Assembly: GCA_934771675.1 (NCBI GenBank)
Contig: CAKVMF010000002.1
Coordinates: 1-32,301, forward strand
DNA from: an uncultured Clostridia bacterium
Lineage (GTDB): Bacteria; Bacillota; Clostridia; Christensenellales; UBA1242
Direction: 5' to 3'
DNA length: 32,301 bases
The notes beneath the pieces are model-generated. The model saw only the letters and a list, made by a program, of their open reading frames with translations. It searched no databases and had not been told where the DNA came from. A program made the position numbers and the translations under genes. This document shows, piece after piece, positions 9,809 to 18,905 of the stretch. Every line of letters starts with the position of its first letter. Position 1 is the first letter of the stretch.

Positions 9809-9868
9809 TTGTTTGACCATTTGAATTTTTGAGTGCTACTTAAAAAGATAAATCCAAATTTTTTGCAC

Positions 9869-9897
9869 AAAAAAACTGGGGTCTCCCCCAGTTTTTT
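9869..9897 (-). terminator. rho-independent terminator after the 1119-aa gene
   Basis: Stem CTGGGG / CCCCAG, loop TCTC, A-run and T-run flanks; 3 nt from the stop at 9901. Confidence 0.7.
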
Positions 9898-9900
9898 AAA

Positions 9901-12900
9901 TTAACCCATTTCTCTTCCAGCTGTTGAAGCCATTGAAGTTTTAACCAATGATGAAACACTATCTGGGTTGAAAGCTTTGATATAATCTATCATGCTACCA
10001 CTTGTTCCAGTGTCTAGTGTTTTAAGTGCTTTATCACTGATTTTATTTCCATGGTCAGCAACAAGCTTAACCTTGATTGCTTCATATTCAGCATCAATAG
10101 CGTTTGCAGCTTTTTTCCATTCAACAATGATTGCATCCCATGCTTGTTTGTAAGAAACATTTACAGGATCATTGATAAACGCTTCAATTGGTTGAGAACC
10201 CCTAACTGTGTTGATTTGGTTAAGCAACAAGTTCATATGGCTCTTAAAACCAAGCATTGAAGTTCTTTTAAGTTCAAGAATGTATAAAAGCTTATCATTC
10301 AAACTTTCAACGCTAACATCTCTATCACGAATTTGCTTAAGTTGATTTTTAATTTGCCCAAATACAGATGTATCGCCAACCGCTGAAGCCGTGTCATAAG
10401 AGTTTTTCACATCGGTTGACTTGATTGACAATTTTGAAGCATCATACGAATCAGTTATGCCTGAAATCATTTTAATTCTATTTGCAGGAACTTCCATTGA
10501 GTCATTAAGACTTCTATTGAAGAACAATGCACACATAACTTTCAATTCATCTTCGGTATGATCTTCAAAACCTTTACAAACACTACTTCTAAGTTCAAAT
10601 AATTTTGGACCGTCTTTGTAGTATTTTTGCAATCTTTGGATTCTCTTATCAAGAGTTTTTCCATAAGCAGTTCCCATCTTAATGTAGTTTCTAAAACCAC
10701 CTTTTGGATATTCCTTGTCAAGATAGCCAATAACTTTTTGATCTTCTGGTTTCAAAGTCATCAATGTTTTTTCATATTTCGCAAATTGAATATTTGTTGC
10801 TTTTTCCAAAACATTTCTTTCAAAGTTGTCAATAAGTTTTTCTTTTTGCATTTGAGTAAGATATCTGCTTTGAGTTATCTTTTTGAGTGTTGAAACAAGT
10901 TCAGGAAGAGTCTTGTTTACAGCATCTTCTTCCATTGCTTTAACTTCAAGCCTGATTTTTTCATAAATTTCTTCACCCAAACGAACTGTTAAGTATTCCT
11001 TAAGAGCTGGATCATTTTTAACAGTGTCAATTGTGTCTTTGTAAAGTTTATCAATTTTATTTTCAGAAGCTTTTGGATCTGAAGTTATATCAACTTTTTT
11101 GATTTCTTCAATAAGTTTTGCAATGTTTGGAACTTTTTCACTTCTAACAGCTTTTAAAGCACCTGGCTTAACTTCCAAATCACGTTTCCTTTCAAAACTA
11201 TCAAATTGTTTGAACAATTTATCTTTTAATTCTTTTTTTGCTTGTTTATCTTCAGGAGTATCTTCAGGCAAATTGGCTATTTTCGTTCTTATTTCGGTGA
11301 TTGTGTTAACATTATCATGTTTTTCAGAATCAACATCATTAACTGAAAGATAAAGAGCATCTTCTTCTCTTACATTTGCAATATCTCTTGCAATTGCACG
11401 AATATCTGCTTCTTTTGTTGCGTCTGCTGGAAGTGTGATTCCATTCAAAATTTCAGATTCTGTCATTTTGCAAGCAGCAATTTTCTTTTCTTTCATTGCT
11501 TCAAGATAATTTCTTGCATCATCATTTGCAATTGTTGTTAAATCAAGTGTTTCAAGAGTAGTTCTTGAAGTTGAAGTGCTAATTGTGTTTGCAGCAGCAA
11601 TAACATCAGTTGTTGCATCTGCTCCCATTTCTTTAACACTATTGATAATATCATTTTTGTCAGTTGAAAGTTGTCCAACAACACCAACCTTAAGACCTTC
11701 TTTTAAAGTGTCATTTTCAGAATCTTGTTCAAATTCAATAAAGCTAACATAACTTTTAACTTTTGAACTCAAATCACCAAATTTTGTTGAAGTTGTCAAT
11801 CTCTTTTTAACAACACTAGATTCAAGCATTCTCTTTACTGTTTCCATATTTTCAGCAGAATATGGTTTTTCAAAAACTTCATTATTGAGTGCATCAATAA
11901 GTTGAAGATCTAGAGCATCATATGCTTGCTTGTATTTGATGTTGGCTTCAATTGAATCTTTGAACTTTGTGCCATATTCGTCAAGACGTTCATATGATTG
12001 AATAAGTTCTGTTACAGATCTATCTCTCTTAACTTTGTTTCCGCTTCCATCAACTGTTTCAATTTGTGTGAAGTTCTTTATATCTTTAAGTTCGTCTTCA
12101 ACTTCAAAGTATTCTTTATCTGTTTTAAATACTGTTTTAACTTCATCAGCATTAAGTTTTGAAAGAATAGTTTGGAAACCTTTTTTGTCGTTAATGTCAG
12201 AGCAGAACAAATATTCTTTTCTTGATTTTTCAAAGAATGCTTCACCTTTCAAACCCATTCTGTCACGTTTGCAAGCCATGTTGAAATACTTTTTAAGCCA
12301 TGCATCCTTTCCAACAAATTCACCTTTTTCAATATAAGTTGTAACTGCTTGAGCCATAAATTGCTCATTTCTAATATCTTTTAAACCCTTAACAGTTTTC
12401 CCATTTTTGCCGTCCATAACAGTTCTGTATTGTCCACGGCTCTTTTCAAAATCTTTAATATCGGCAGCTGCCTTCATATAGTCTTTCCAACAATAACCAG
12501 ATTCAAGGGCATTTGCAAGTGTTCTTTTTACACCAAAATATGAAGTTCCTGCTCCGGCAATGACAAGTCCTAGTCTTGCAACTGTTGTTGCAACACCAAG
12601 AGCAGCTGCTGTTGCTGGAAAACATACAGCCAAACCAGCCCCAGCAAGTGCAACTGATCCAATTGTTCTAACTATTCTCCAAGCAAACTTTCCAAACAAA
12701 CTACGTTTTGTTGCTTTTTTGCCGGCAAGTTCATCTTCAGCGGCTTCATATTGTCTATAAAGTGCACCTGAACCGTTTTTGCTTGGGTCAGCATCTTTAA
12801 AGTAAAATGGCTTACCTGAAGATACCTTCTTTCTGGCTTTGTAATCTTCCAACGTTGCATCACGTTTTTGATTCAAAATCAAAGCCATATCGTTGTTTGA

Positions 12901-13260
12901 AGGTCTACCACTAAATTTGCTATAATCATCAGCAACATCAACACCAACTTTTTCAGCCGCATGCGAAATTGCTTGACTGATAATTTTTCTATACTTTGCG
13001 TTGTTTGGATAACCTATGAAATAACTCTTATCAACAGAGTCTTCAATGCCCAAACTCTTCAAAAAGGTCTGATTTGGATCAGCCATTTGTTCAGAAATAT
13101 ACTTATCAATATCCTTATCAGTTCCTGTTCCAGTATAACCATATGTCCTTGGATTCTTTTTGATCTCGTTGAACATATAAACATATGTTGCAAGCACTTG
13201 ATATTCAGATAATTTGAGCTCGTCATCCTTACGCTCTCTATACTTAAATGGTTCTGGCAT
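9901..13260 (-). CDS. hypothetical 1119-aa protein with a Gly/Ala-rich membrane hairpin and a long helical C-terminal region
   Basis: Long uninterrupted ORF with RBS AGAGGTG, own promoter and terminator. Two adjacent hydrophobic Gly/Ala-rich segments (WRIVRTIGSVALAGAGLAVCFPATAAALGVATTVARLGLVIAGAGTSYFGV, about nt 12526-12678). The rest is Lys/Glu-rich, with no enzymatic motif I recognise. Confidence 0.7.
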   Translation of the reverse strand: MPEPFKYRERKDDELKLSEYQVLATYVYMFNEIKKNPRTYGYTGTGTDKDIDKYISEQMADPNQTFLKSLGIEDSVDKSYFIGYPNNAKYRKIISQAISHAAEKVGVDVADDYSKFSGRPSNNDMALILNQKRDATLEDYKARKKVSSGKPFYFKDADPSKNGSGALYRQYEAAEDELAGKKATKRSLFGKFAWRIVRTIGSVALAGAGLAVCFPATAAALGVATTVARLGLVIAGAGTSYFGVKRTLANALESGYCWKDYMKAAADIKDFEKSRGQYRTVMDGKNGKTVKGLKDIRNEQFMAQAVTTYIEKGEFVGKDAWLKKYFNMACKRDRMGLKGEAFFEKSRKEYLFCSDINDKKGFQTILSKLNADEVKTVFKTDKEYFEVEDELKDIKNFTQIETVDGSGNKVKRDRSVTELIQSYERLDEYGTKFKDSIEANIKYKQAYDALDLQLIDALNNEVFEKPYSAENMETVKRMLESSVVKKRLTTSTKFGDLSSKVKSYVSFIEFEQDSENDTLKEGLKVGVVGQLSTDKNDIINSVKEMGADATTDVIAAANTISTSTSRTTLETLDLTTIANDDARNYLEAMKEKKIAACKMTESEILNGITLPADATKEADIRAIARDIANVREEDALYLSVNDVDSEKHDNVNTITEIRTKIANLPEDTPEDKQAKKELKDKLFKQFDSFERKRDLEVKPGALKAVRSEKVPNIAKLIEEIKKVDITSDPKASENKIDKLYKDTIDTVKNDPALKEYLTVRLGEEIYEKIRLEVKAMEEDAVNKTLPELVSTLKKITQSRYLTQMQKEKLIDNFERNVLEKATNIQFAKYEKTLMTLKPEDQKVIGYLDKEYPKGGFRNYIKMGTAYGKTLDKRIQRLQKYYKDGPKLFELRSSVCKGFEDHTEDELKVMCALFFNRSLNDSMEVPANRIKMISGITDSYDASKLSIKSTDVKNSYDTASAVGDTSVFGQIKNQLKQIRDRDVSVESLNDKLLYILELKRTSMLGFKSHMNLLLNQINTVRGSQPIEAFINDPVNVSYKQAWDAIIVEWKKAANAIDAEYEAIKVKLVADHGNKISDKALKTLDTGTSGSMIDYIKAFNPDSVSSLVKTSMASTAGREMG

Positions 13261-13307
13261 ATCGCACCTCTTTTGTTGTATTTCAGGCTAATTTTTCTAG
13301 TTAACAC

Positions 13308-13336
13308 ATTATATCACATTTATTGTCAAATGTAAA
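13308..13336 (-). promoter_or_regulatory. SigA-type promoter (extended -10) for the 1119-aa gene
   Basis: On the minus strand: TTTACA, 17-nt spacer, TATAAT, with TG one base upstream of the -10. Confidence 0.55.
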
Positions 13337-13359
13337 TACCCTATTTATAAAAACATAAC

Positions 13360-14625
13360 TTATTTTTGCAATTGATCAATATCTTTTTGGTCTTGTTCAT
13401 CTTGCTTAAAACCTAAGATATCTTTAATATAATCGATTGAATTCAAAAGGTCTTTCTCATCCTTTTCTTTTTCAACCTTTTCTTTTTCTTCAATTGTTTC
13501 TTTCTTTTCTTGTTTTTCTTCTTCAGATTGCTTTACGTTTTCAAATTTTTCATTGAAAGCTTCTTCATCAAACTGTCCTTCAAGATTGATTGCTTCACGA
13601 TTTACAGTTCTGAGATTCTCTTCTTGCTCTTTTGTAAGCTTAACTGGAGCAAATTCTTCATCACTCAAAGCTTTTTCATCAGCTGTTGATTTTGCTGCAA
13701 GTTTTGTTTCAGCATATTCATCTTCAAGTTCACAAAGTTTTTGATAATACTTGTTTGTAGCCTTTAAAATTTCAATGTTGTGCTTAACATCAAAACTTTT
13801 ATTTTTGTCTGAAAGTTCTTCTTGAACAATTTTCAAATCTCTTTTAAGTTTGTCAAACTTTGCTTTAAGTGAAATATCTTCAAACAATGTTTCATCACTA
13901 CGTTTAAAAATCATTTCAGTTGCTTTTTTTAAATGGAAATATTTTTCTTTTGCTCGCATATAAAAATGGTCAAAAATTGCAAACAAAATCAATCCCAAAA
14001 CAATTAGGATTATTCCGCCAATATATTTTCTTTCCCAAACTGGAATAAGTCCACCGATTGCATCAACAACAACATTTTCATAAAGCATTCCAACAACACC
14101 AAATGAAAACACAACAACTGCAAACATCATCAAAATAAAACTAACAATTTTGCTTGTTTTTAATGCTGAAAGTTTATTGTCAGCATTTGTCGCTTCCCTT
14201 TCTCTTGAAAGAGTAAGTTTGTGATATTTTAAATATTCATTTTCAGCTCTGTCAGTGGCTTCATCAACAAAGTTGTAATAATGCTTTTGGGCATTTGCAA
14301 CATCATCAATAGTTGCAAGTCTTTTTTCAGTTGAATCAAGTGAACCAATTTCAAGAGCATAGTTGTAAAGCACCAAAAGTTCGGTTTCAGTTGGAACTGT
14401 TTTAAATCCAAAATCACAATTTTGCATAATTGTTACAAATTGAACCCAATTCAAAAACTCTTTTTTTTCATCAATAAGTTCAAGATGAACTTCGCTCAAA
14501 AATTCATTTGGATTATTCACAATTGTGGTGTAAGCCTGAACAAATTTAGCAACTTCAATATAAAATTTGCTATCTTTAACCATTGATGCGGCAACTTTTT
14601 CACCATTCACATTATTAACTAACAT
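13360..14625 (-). CDS. hypothetical membrane protein (~421 aa) with two TM helices and an acidic coiled-coil tail
   Basis: Start trimmed to Met14 (RBS GGGGGAC 3 nt upstream). TM segments IVSFILMMFAVVVFSFGVVGMLY and IGGIILIVLGLILFAIFDHFY. The C-terminus is Glu/Lys-rich (EEKQEKKETIEEKEKVEKEKDEKD). Confidence 0.65.
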   Translation of the reverse strand: MLVNNVNGEKVAASMVKDSKFYIEVAKFVQAYTTIVNNPNEFLSEVHLELIDEKKEFLNWVQFVTIMQNCDFGFKTVPTETELLVLYNYALEIGSLDSTEKRLATIDDVANAQKHYYNFVDEATDRAENEYLKYHKLTLSREREATNADNKLSALKTSKIVSFILMMFAVVVFSFGVVGMLYENVVVDAIGGLIPVWERKYIGGIILIVLGLILFAIFDHFYMRAKEKYFHLKKATEMIFKRSDETLFEDISLKAKFDKLKRDLKIVQEELSDKNKSFDVKHNIEILKATNKYYQKLCELEDEYAETKLAAKSTADEKALSDEEFAPVKLTKEQEENLRTVNREAINLEGQFDEEAFNEKFENVKQSEEEKQEKKETIEEKEKVEKEKDEKDLLNSIDYIKDILGFKQDEQDQKDIDQLQK

Positions 14626-14883
14626 AAAGTCCCCCAAATCTATCTCAAAATAATAATAACACACTGAAAAAAAATTCGCAAATAATCTACCAAAAAATAT
14701 AAAATAATAAAAATATAAATAAGGTGATTTTTTATAAAGCCAAAATTACCACATAAAAGGAATAGACCCTCACGTCGTGCCACGCACTCCTCAGGGCGAC
14801 ATGCTAATTGATATTGGCTTACTTAAAACCAAAGTGCTCGCTAAATATAAAACAAACTTATCCCCCCCATTCAAAGAAATATG

Positions 14884-15195
14884 CCTAACGGCAAAAATGG
14901 GTCATCAACACCAGTTGAACATATAAATATCCAAACGGCAAAAAATAAGCGTCAGACAAAAAATAAAAAGAAAACCACAAGGATTTTACTCTTTTTCCTA
15001 ACGGCAAAAATGGGGCATCAGGCAAAGAATGAAAAAAAGTCCAGGCACGAGTTTACAACTCTTTTTCCTAACGGCAAAAAATAGTCAAGAAACGAGGCTC
15101 AAAAAAAATTCTAGGCAGGAGTGTACAACGAAGTACATGACTGTCTAGAATTTTTTTTAGAAACGAAGTTAATTGGCTATTTTTTTGCCGTTAGG
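14884..15195. repeat. cluster of intergenic repeat units (core CCTAACGGCAAAAA) with a palindromic MITE-like unit at 15067-15195
   Basis: Core copies start at 14884, 14931 (CCAAACGG variant), 14997 and 15067, with an inverted copy at 15181-15195. A half-hairpin arm lies at 15032-15060 and a full hairpin at 15101-15158. Related units recur at 32084-32301. Confidence 0.8.
15101..15158. terminator. long A-tract/T-tract hairpin inside the repeat; probable bidirectional terminator for secA
   Basis: AAAAAAAATTCTAG (15101-15114) pairs perfectly with CTAGAATTTTTTTT (15145-15158). The inner stem GCAG..GTGTAC / GTACAT..CTGT has a small internal loop. It lies 33 nt downstream of the secA stop. Confidence 0.6.
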
Positions 15196-17881
15196 ACTTG
15201 CCGCAGCAATTTTTGTATTTTTTCCCCGACCCACATGGACATGGATCATTGCGCCCTACCTGTTTTTGCTTTACAACAGGGCCTGCTGGAGCAGAGTTTG
15301 TTTTTAATGCTGCCATTTTTGCCCTACGCATTTGAACAAGTTGTTCAGGAGAAACACCAATTTGAATATTTATACCCATCATGAAGTTTGCAACATCCAT
15401 ACGAACATCACTAATCATTTGATAGAACATTTCAAAACCTTCAGTTTGGTAAACTGTGATTGGATTTTTGTTGCCATAACCACGAAGCCCAATACCAGTT
15501 CTGAGATTGTCCATATCATCAATATGGTCAATCCATTTTTTGTCAAGAATACGAAGAAGAACATCTCTTTCAACTGCACCAAAATTTACACCTTGTTTTT
15601 CATACTCTGCCTTGCGGTTTTCGTATCTTTCACAAGCAAGTTTGTAAATTTGTTCTTTGAGTTCGCTTGTTGTGTAATCTGAAATTCTTTCAAAAGTTGC
15701 AAAGTTTGTTTCAGGTTCAAGCAAACGTTTTTCAAGTTCTCTGTTATATGCTTCAAGGTCAACATCTTCAGGCTTTTGGAAGTTTGAAAACTCATCAACA
15801 ACATAATCAACAACGTCTTGAATCATACCCAAAATCTTATCATGCATATCTTCCCCGTCAATGATTTTGTTACGTTCAGAGTAAACTTCTTCTCTTTGTC
15901 TATTTAAAACGTTATCATATTCAACAACGCTTTTACGAATAGAATAGTTGTTCCCTTCAACTCTTTTTTGAGCAGCTTCAACACTTCTTGAGAAGAATTT
16001 CCAGTTGATTGCAGTGTCATGGTCAAGTTTCAAAAACTCAGCCATACGTTTAAGTTTGTCACTGCCAAAAACTCTTGAAAGATCATCATCAGCTGAAATA
16101 TAGAAAACTGATGAACCTGGGTCACCTTGACGTCCGGCACGACCACGAAGCTGGTTGTCAATACGGCGACTTTCGTGTCTTTCAGTTCCAATAATTCTTA
16201 AACCACCAAGTTCAACAACTTGTTGTTTTTCTTGCTTAACTTCTTTGTCAAAGTCTTCTTTTAATTTGAAATATTCCTTTCTTGCATTTTCTTCATCTTC
16301 ATTTGATGTTGGGTAAAATGAGGCGGCAATATCAATTGTTGGCTCATCATAACCTTGTTTTGCAAGTGCTTGTTTTGCCATAAATTCACTGTTTCCACCA
16401 AGCAAAATATCGGTACCACGACCAGCCATATTTGTTGCAATGGTAACAGCACCAAGTCTACCAGCTTGAGCAATGATTTCAGCTTCACGCATATGATTTT
16501 TTGCGTTTAATACATCGTGCTTAATGCCCATTTTGTGAAGAGCTTTTGAAAGTTCCTCAGATTTTGCAACTGAAAGTGTACCAACCAAAACAGGTCTGTT
16601 TTCTTCATGTGTGCGCTTAATATCTTCACAAATTGCACCAATTTTTGCTTCATGCGAAAAGAAAAACACATCGTTTTCATCAATTCTTTTTGATGGAAGA
16701 TTTGTTGGAATTGTAACAACATCAAGGCCATAGATTTCTCTAAATTCGCCTTCTTCTGTTTTTGCAGTTCCGGTCATACCTGAAATCTTTTTGTAAAGCT
16801 TGAAGAAGTTTTGGAAAGTTACAGTTGCAAAAGTTTTGTTTTCACCATTGATTTTTACACCCTCTTTAGCTTCAATAGCTTGATGCAATCCGTCACTATA
16901 TCTTCTTCCGACCATGATACGACCAGTAAATTCATCAACAATCAAAACCTCGCCATCACGAACAATGTAATCCTCGTCTTTATGCATCAAAAATCTCGCA
17001 CGAATTGCGTTGTTAATGTTGTGGTTAATATCGGTATTTTCAATATCTGCAAGGTTTGAAAGCTTGTAATATCTTTCAGCTTTTGCAATTCCGTTTTCAT
17101 TTAAGTTGATAGTTTTTTTCTTTTCATCAATATCAACATCGCCTTCTTTGAGTGATTTCGCAAATTTGCAAGCAGTGATATATTGGTCAGAGGACTCTCC
17201 TGTTGGTCCAGAAATGATAAGTGGGGTTCTTGCTTCATCAATCAAAATAGAGTCAACTTCGTCGATAATTGCAAATTCAAGCCCACGACCAACCATGTCA
17301 GCACGTTTTGTGCACATGTTGTCACGAAGATAATCAAAACCAAACTCACTGTTTGTTCCGTAAGTGATATCGCACTTGTATGCCTCTCTCTTTTCTTTTG
17401 CGTCTTGAGAGTTGTAAATAAATCCAACGGTAAGTCCCAAAAATTTATGAACTTTTCCCATCCATTCAGCGTCACGTTTTGCAAGGTATTCGTTTACTGT
17501 AACAACATGAACCGGCTTTCCAGAAAGAGCATTTAAGTATGCTGGCAAAGTTGAAACCAAGGTTTTTCCTTCACCGGTGCACATTTCAGCAATTCTTCCT
17601 TGATGCAAAACAATACCACCAAGAAGCTGAACATGAAAGTGACGCATTTTCAAAACTCTTGTGCTAGCTTCACGGACAACTGCATAAGCGTCTGGCAAAA
17701 TATCATCAAGTGTTTCACCATTTTTGTATCTATTTTTCAAAATTTCTGTTTGTGCCTTTAGTTCTTCATCACTAAGCACACTATATTTATCAGCCAATGC
17801 TTCAATCTTGGCTGCAATCTTTTCAAGTTTCTTTAAACTTCTGTTATTGTCGAAATTTTTAAGCGCTTTAAATAAACCCAT
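15191..17881 (-). CDS. secA: preprotein translocase ATPase SecA, 896 aa
   Basis: Characteristic sequence throughout: MCTGEGKTL Walker A, the DEVDSILIDEARTPLIISG DEAD-like box, and a C-terminal Zn-binding tail CPCGSGKKYKNCCG. Confidence 0.97.
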   Translation of the reverse strand: MGLFKALKNFDNNRSLKKLEKIAAKIEALADKYSVLSDEELKAQTEILKNRYKNGETLDDILPDAYAVVREASTRVLKMRHFHVQLLGGIVLHQGRIAEMCTGEGKTLVSTLPAYLNALSGKPVHVVTVNEYLAKRDAEWMGKVHKFLGLTVGFIYNSQDAKEKREAYKCDITYGTNSEFGFDYLRDNMCTKRADMVGRGLEFAIIDEVDSILIDEARTPLIISGPTGESSDQYITACKFAKSLKEGDVDIDEKKKTINLNENGIAKAERYYKLSNLADIENTDINHNINNAIRARFLMHKDEDYIVRDGEVLIVDEFTGRIMVGRRYSDGLHQAIEAKEGVKINGENKTFATVTFQNFFKLYKKISGMTGTAKTEEGEFREIYGLDVVTIPTNLPSKRIDENDVFFFSHEAKIGAICEDIKRTHEENRPVLVGTLSVAKSEELSKALHKMGIKHDVLNAKNHMREAEIIAQAGRLGAVTIATNMAGRGTDILLGGNSEFMAKQALAKQGYDEPTIDIAASFYPTSNEDEENARKEYFKLKEDFDKEVKQEKQQVVELGGLRIIGTERHESRRIDNQLRGRAGRQGDPGSSVFYISADDDLSRVFGSDKLKRMAEFLKLDHDTAINWKFFSRSVEAAQKRVEGNNYSIRKSVVEYDNVLNRQREEVYSERNKIIDGEDMHDKILGMIQDVVDYVVDEFSNFQKPEDVDLEAYNRELEKRLLEPETNFATFERISDYTTSELKEQIYKLACERYENRKAEYEKQGVNFGAVERDVLLRILDKKWIDHIDDMDNLRTGIGLRGYGNKNPITVYQTEGFEMFYQMISDVRMDVANFMMGINIQIGVSPEQLVQMRRAKMAALKTNSAPAGPVVKQKQVGRNDPCPCGSGKKYKNCCGKS

Positions 17882-17910
17882 TTTTATCCCCTAAAATTAA
17901 ACTAATGTTA

Positions 17911-17938
17911 TAATAAACTATTTTTGCCCCGTTGTAAA
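17911..17938 (-). promoter_or_regulatory. SigA-type promoter for secA
   Basis: On the minus strand: TTTACA, 16-nt spacer, TATTAT. RBS AGGGGA upstream of the ATG at 17881. Confidence 0.4.
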
Positions 17939-17991
17939 GTTTTGTTTTATTTTATTTTTAACCAAGTAACAATCTTTTGTTAAAAAACATC

Positions 17992-18735
17992 CTAATTTGA
18001 CGAATTAAAATCTGTTTTGGCAAAGGTTACAGTTCTAACCGAATATGGTTTCAACTTCTTTATCATTCTTGCGCATTCACTAAGAGTGCTTCCAGTTGTG
18101 AAAACATCATCAATTATTAAAACTTTCTTTCCCTTAACTTTCGATATATTTTCTTCATCAAACTCATAAGTTCCAAACGGATTTGACAATCTTTGTTTCA
18201 TATCAAGTCCCGCTTGATGTTTTCCGCCTTCTTTTTTGATAAGCAAATTAAGCGTTTCAATGCCTAGTTTGTTTCCAATATACTCCGCAAGAAGTTGCGA
18301 TTGATTAAATCCCCTTTCACGCAGTCTGCTTTTGTTTATTGGAACAAATGTGATAATGTCAACATCTTTAAAATATTCACTTCTTGCAAGCATAAGCTCT
18401 GCCATATATGGAGCAATATATTTTCTGGAATTATACTTCAAATTTTTAACTATTTTTGAAGAAACTTCATCATAAAAGAAACATGAGCGATTGTTTGCAA
18501 ACTCATAAACTTTTCGCTTGCAACTATCACAGACCATGTTTGGCCCAAACACTCTATCACCACAAAACCTGCAATGATAACCGTCAATAATGCTGATTTT
18601 GTTTTGACAGTCATGGCAAAGACTGAACCTTGAACCATCTGGAATTTCAACGCCGCATGAAATACAAGCATGATTTGTCATGAACATATCTTCAAACTTA
18701 TCTATTCCCTTTGCCAGTTTTTTCAAAAAATTCAT
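17992..18735 (-). CDS. comFC: ComF-family protein (ComFC-like, phosphoribosyltransferase fold with N-terminal Zn finger)
   Basis: Two CxxC pairs (CISCG...CHDCQ, CRFCG...CDSC) and a PRTase motif (VLIIDDVFTTGSTL). I trimmed the track ORF to Met25 because a consensus promoter lies inside the longer ORF. Confidence 0.8.
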   Translation of the reverse strand: MNFLKKLAKGIDKFEDMFMTNHACISCGVEIPDGSRFSLCHDCQNKISIIDGYHCRFCGDRVFGPNMVCDSCKRKVYEFANNRSCFFYDEVSSKIVKNLKYNSRKYIAPYMAELMLARSEYFKDVDIITFVPINKSRLRERGFNQSQLLAEYIGNKLGIETLNLLIKKEGGKHQAGLDMKQRLSNPFGTYEFDEENISKVKGKKVLIIDDVFTTGSTLSECARMIKKLKPYSVRTVTFAKTDFNSSN

Positions 18736-18741
18736 AGTTTT

Positions 18742-18770
18742 ATTATGAGATTTTGGCACAAAAAAGTCAA
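18742..18770 (-). promoter_or_regulatory. SigA-type promoter immediately upstream of the comFC ATG (possible leaderless transcript)
   Basis: On the minus strand: TTGACT, 17-nt spacer, CATAAT. Only 6 nt separate the -10 from the ATG at 18735, and there is no RBS. Confidence 0.45.
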
Positions 18771-18905
18771 TTGCTAAATCAAATTGAGCAAATTTTAAGC
18801 AAAACACGCACTTTTAATGAAATTTGCAGAAGAAAAATAAAAATAGTTGCTAAAATCATAAAAACTATGCTAAACTATGTTTAGATATAAATTTTGGAGG
18901 AAATT

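Noticed and set aside
9751-9868. T-box or other riboswitch leader upstream of the class I LysRS gene
   Set aside because: Only ~120 nt are available between the start codon and the upstream gene's terminator. A plain promoter sits ~22 nt from the start, too short for a T-box leader.
12400-12413. A copy of the intergenic repeat inside the 1119-aa CDS
   Set aside because: Only 14 nt (ACGGCAAAAATGGG, encoding DGKNG) match, with no hairpin or flanking similarity. I noted it as a curiosity under the repeat finding but do not call it a repeat copy.
14862-14868. C7 homopolymer tract as a phase-variation switch
   Set aside because: It is intergenic and not positioned within or between the -35/-10 of any promoter I can identify. 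A single short tract is insufficient evidence.
14881-15084. 67-aa plus-strand ORF (MPNGKNGSS...) across the intergenic repeats
   Set aside because: It is assembled from the repeated CCTAACGGCAAAAA units (hence the recurring PNGK / TAKMG). It has no RBS and a Lys/Asn low-complexity composition. I read it as an artefact of the repeats rather than a gene.
14884-15195. Possible CRISPR array
   Set aside because: The repeat copies are imperfect, irregularly spaced (47-70 nt) and one is inverted. The 'spacers' are themselves homologous between units, and there are no cas genes in the window.
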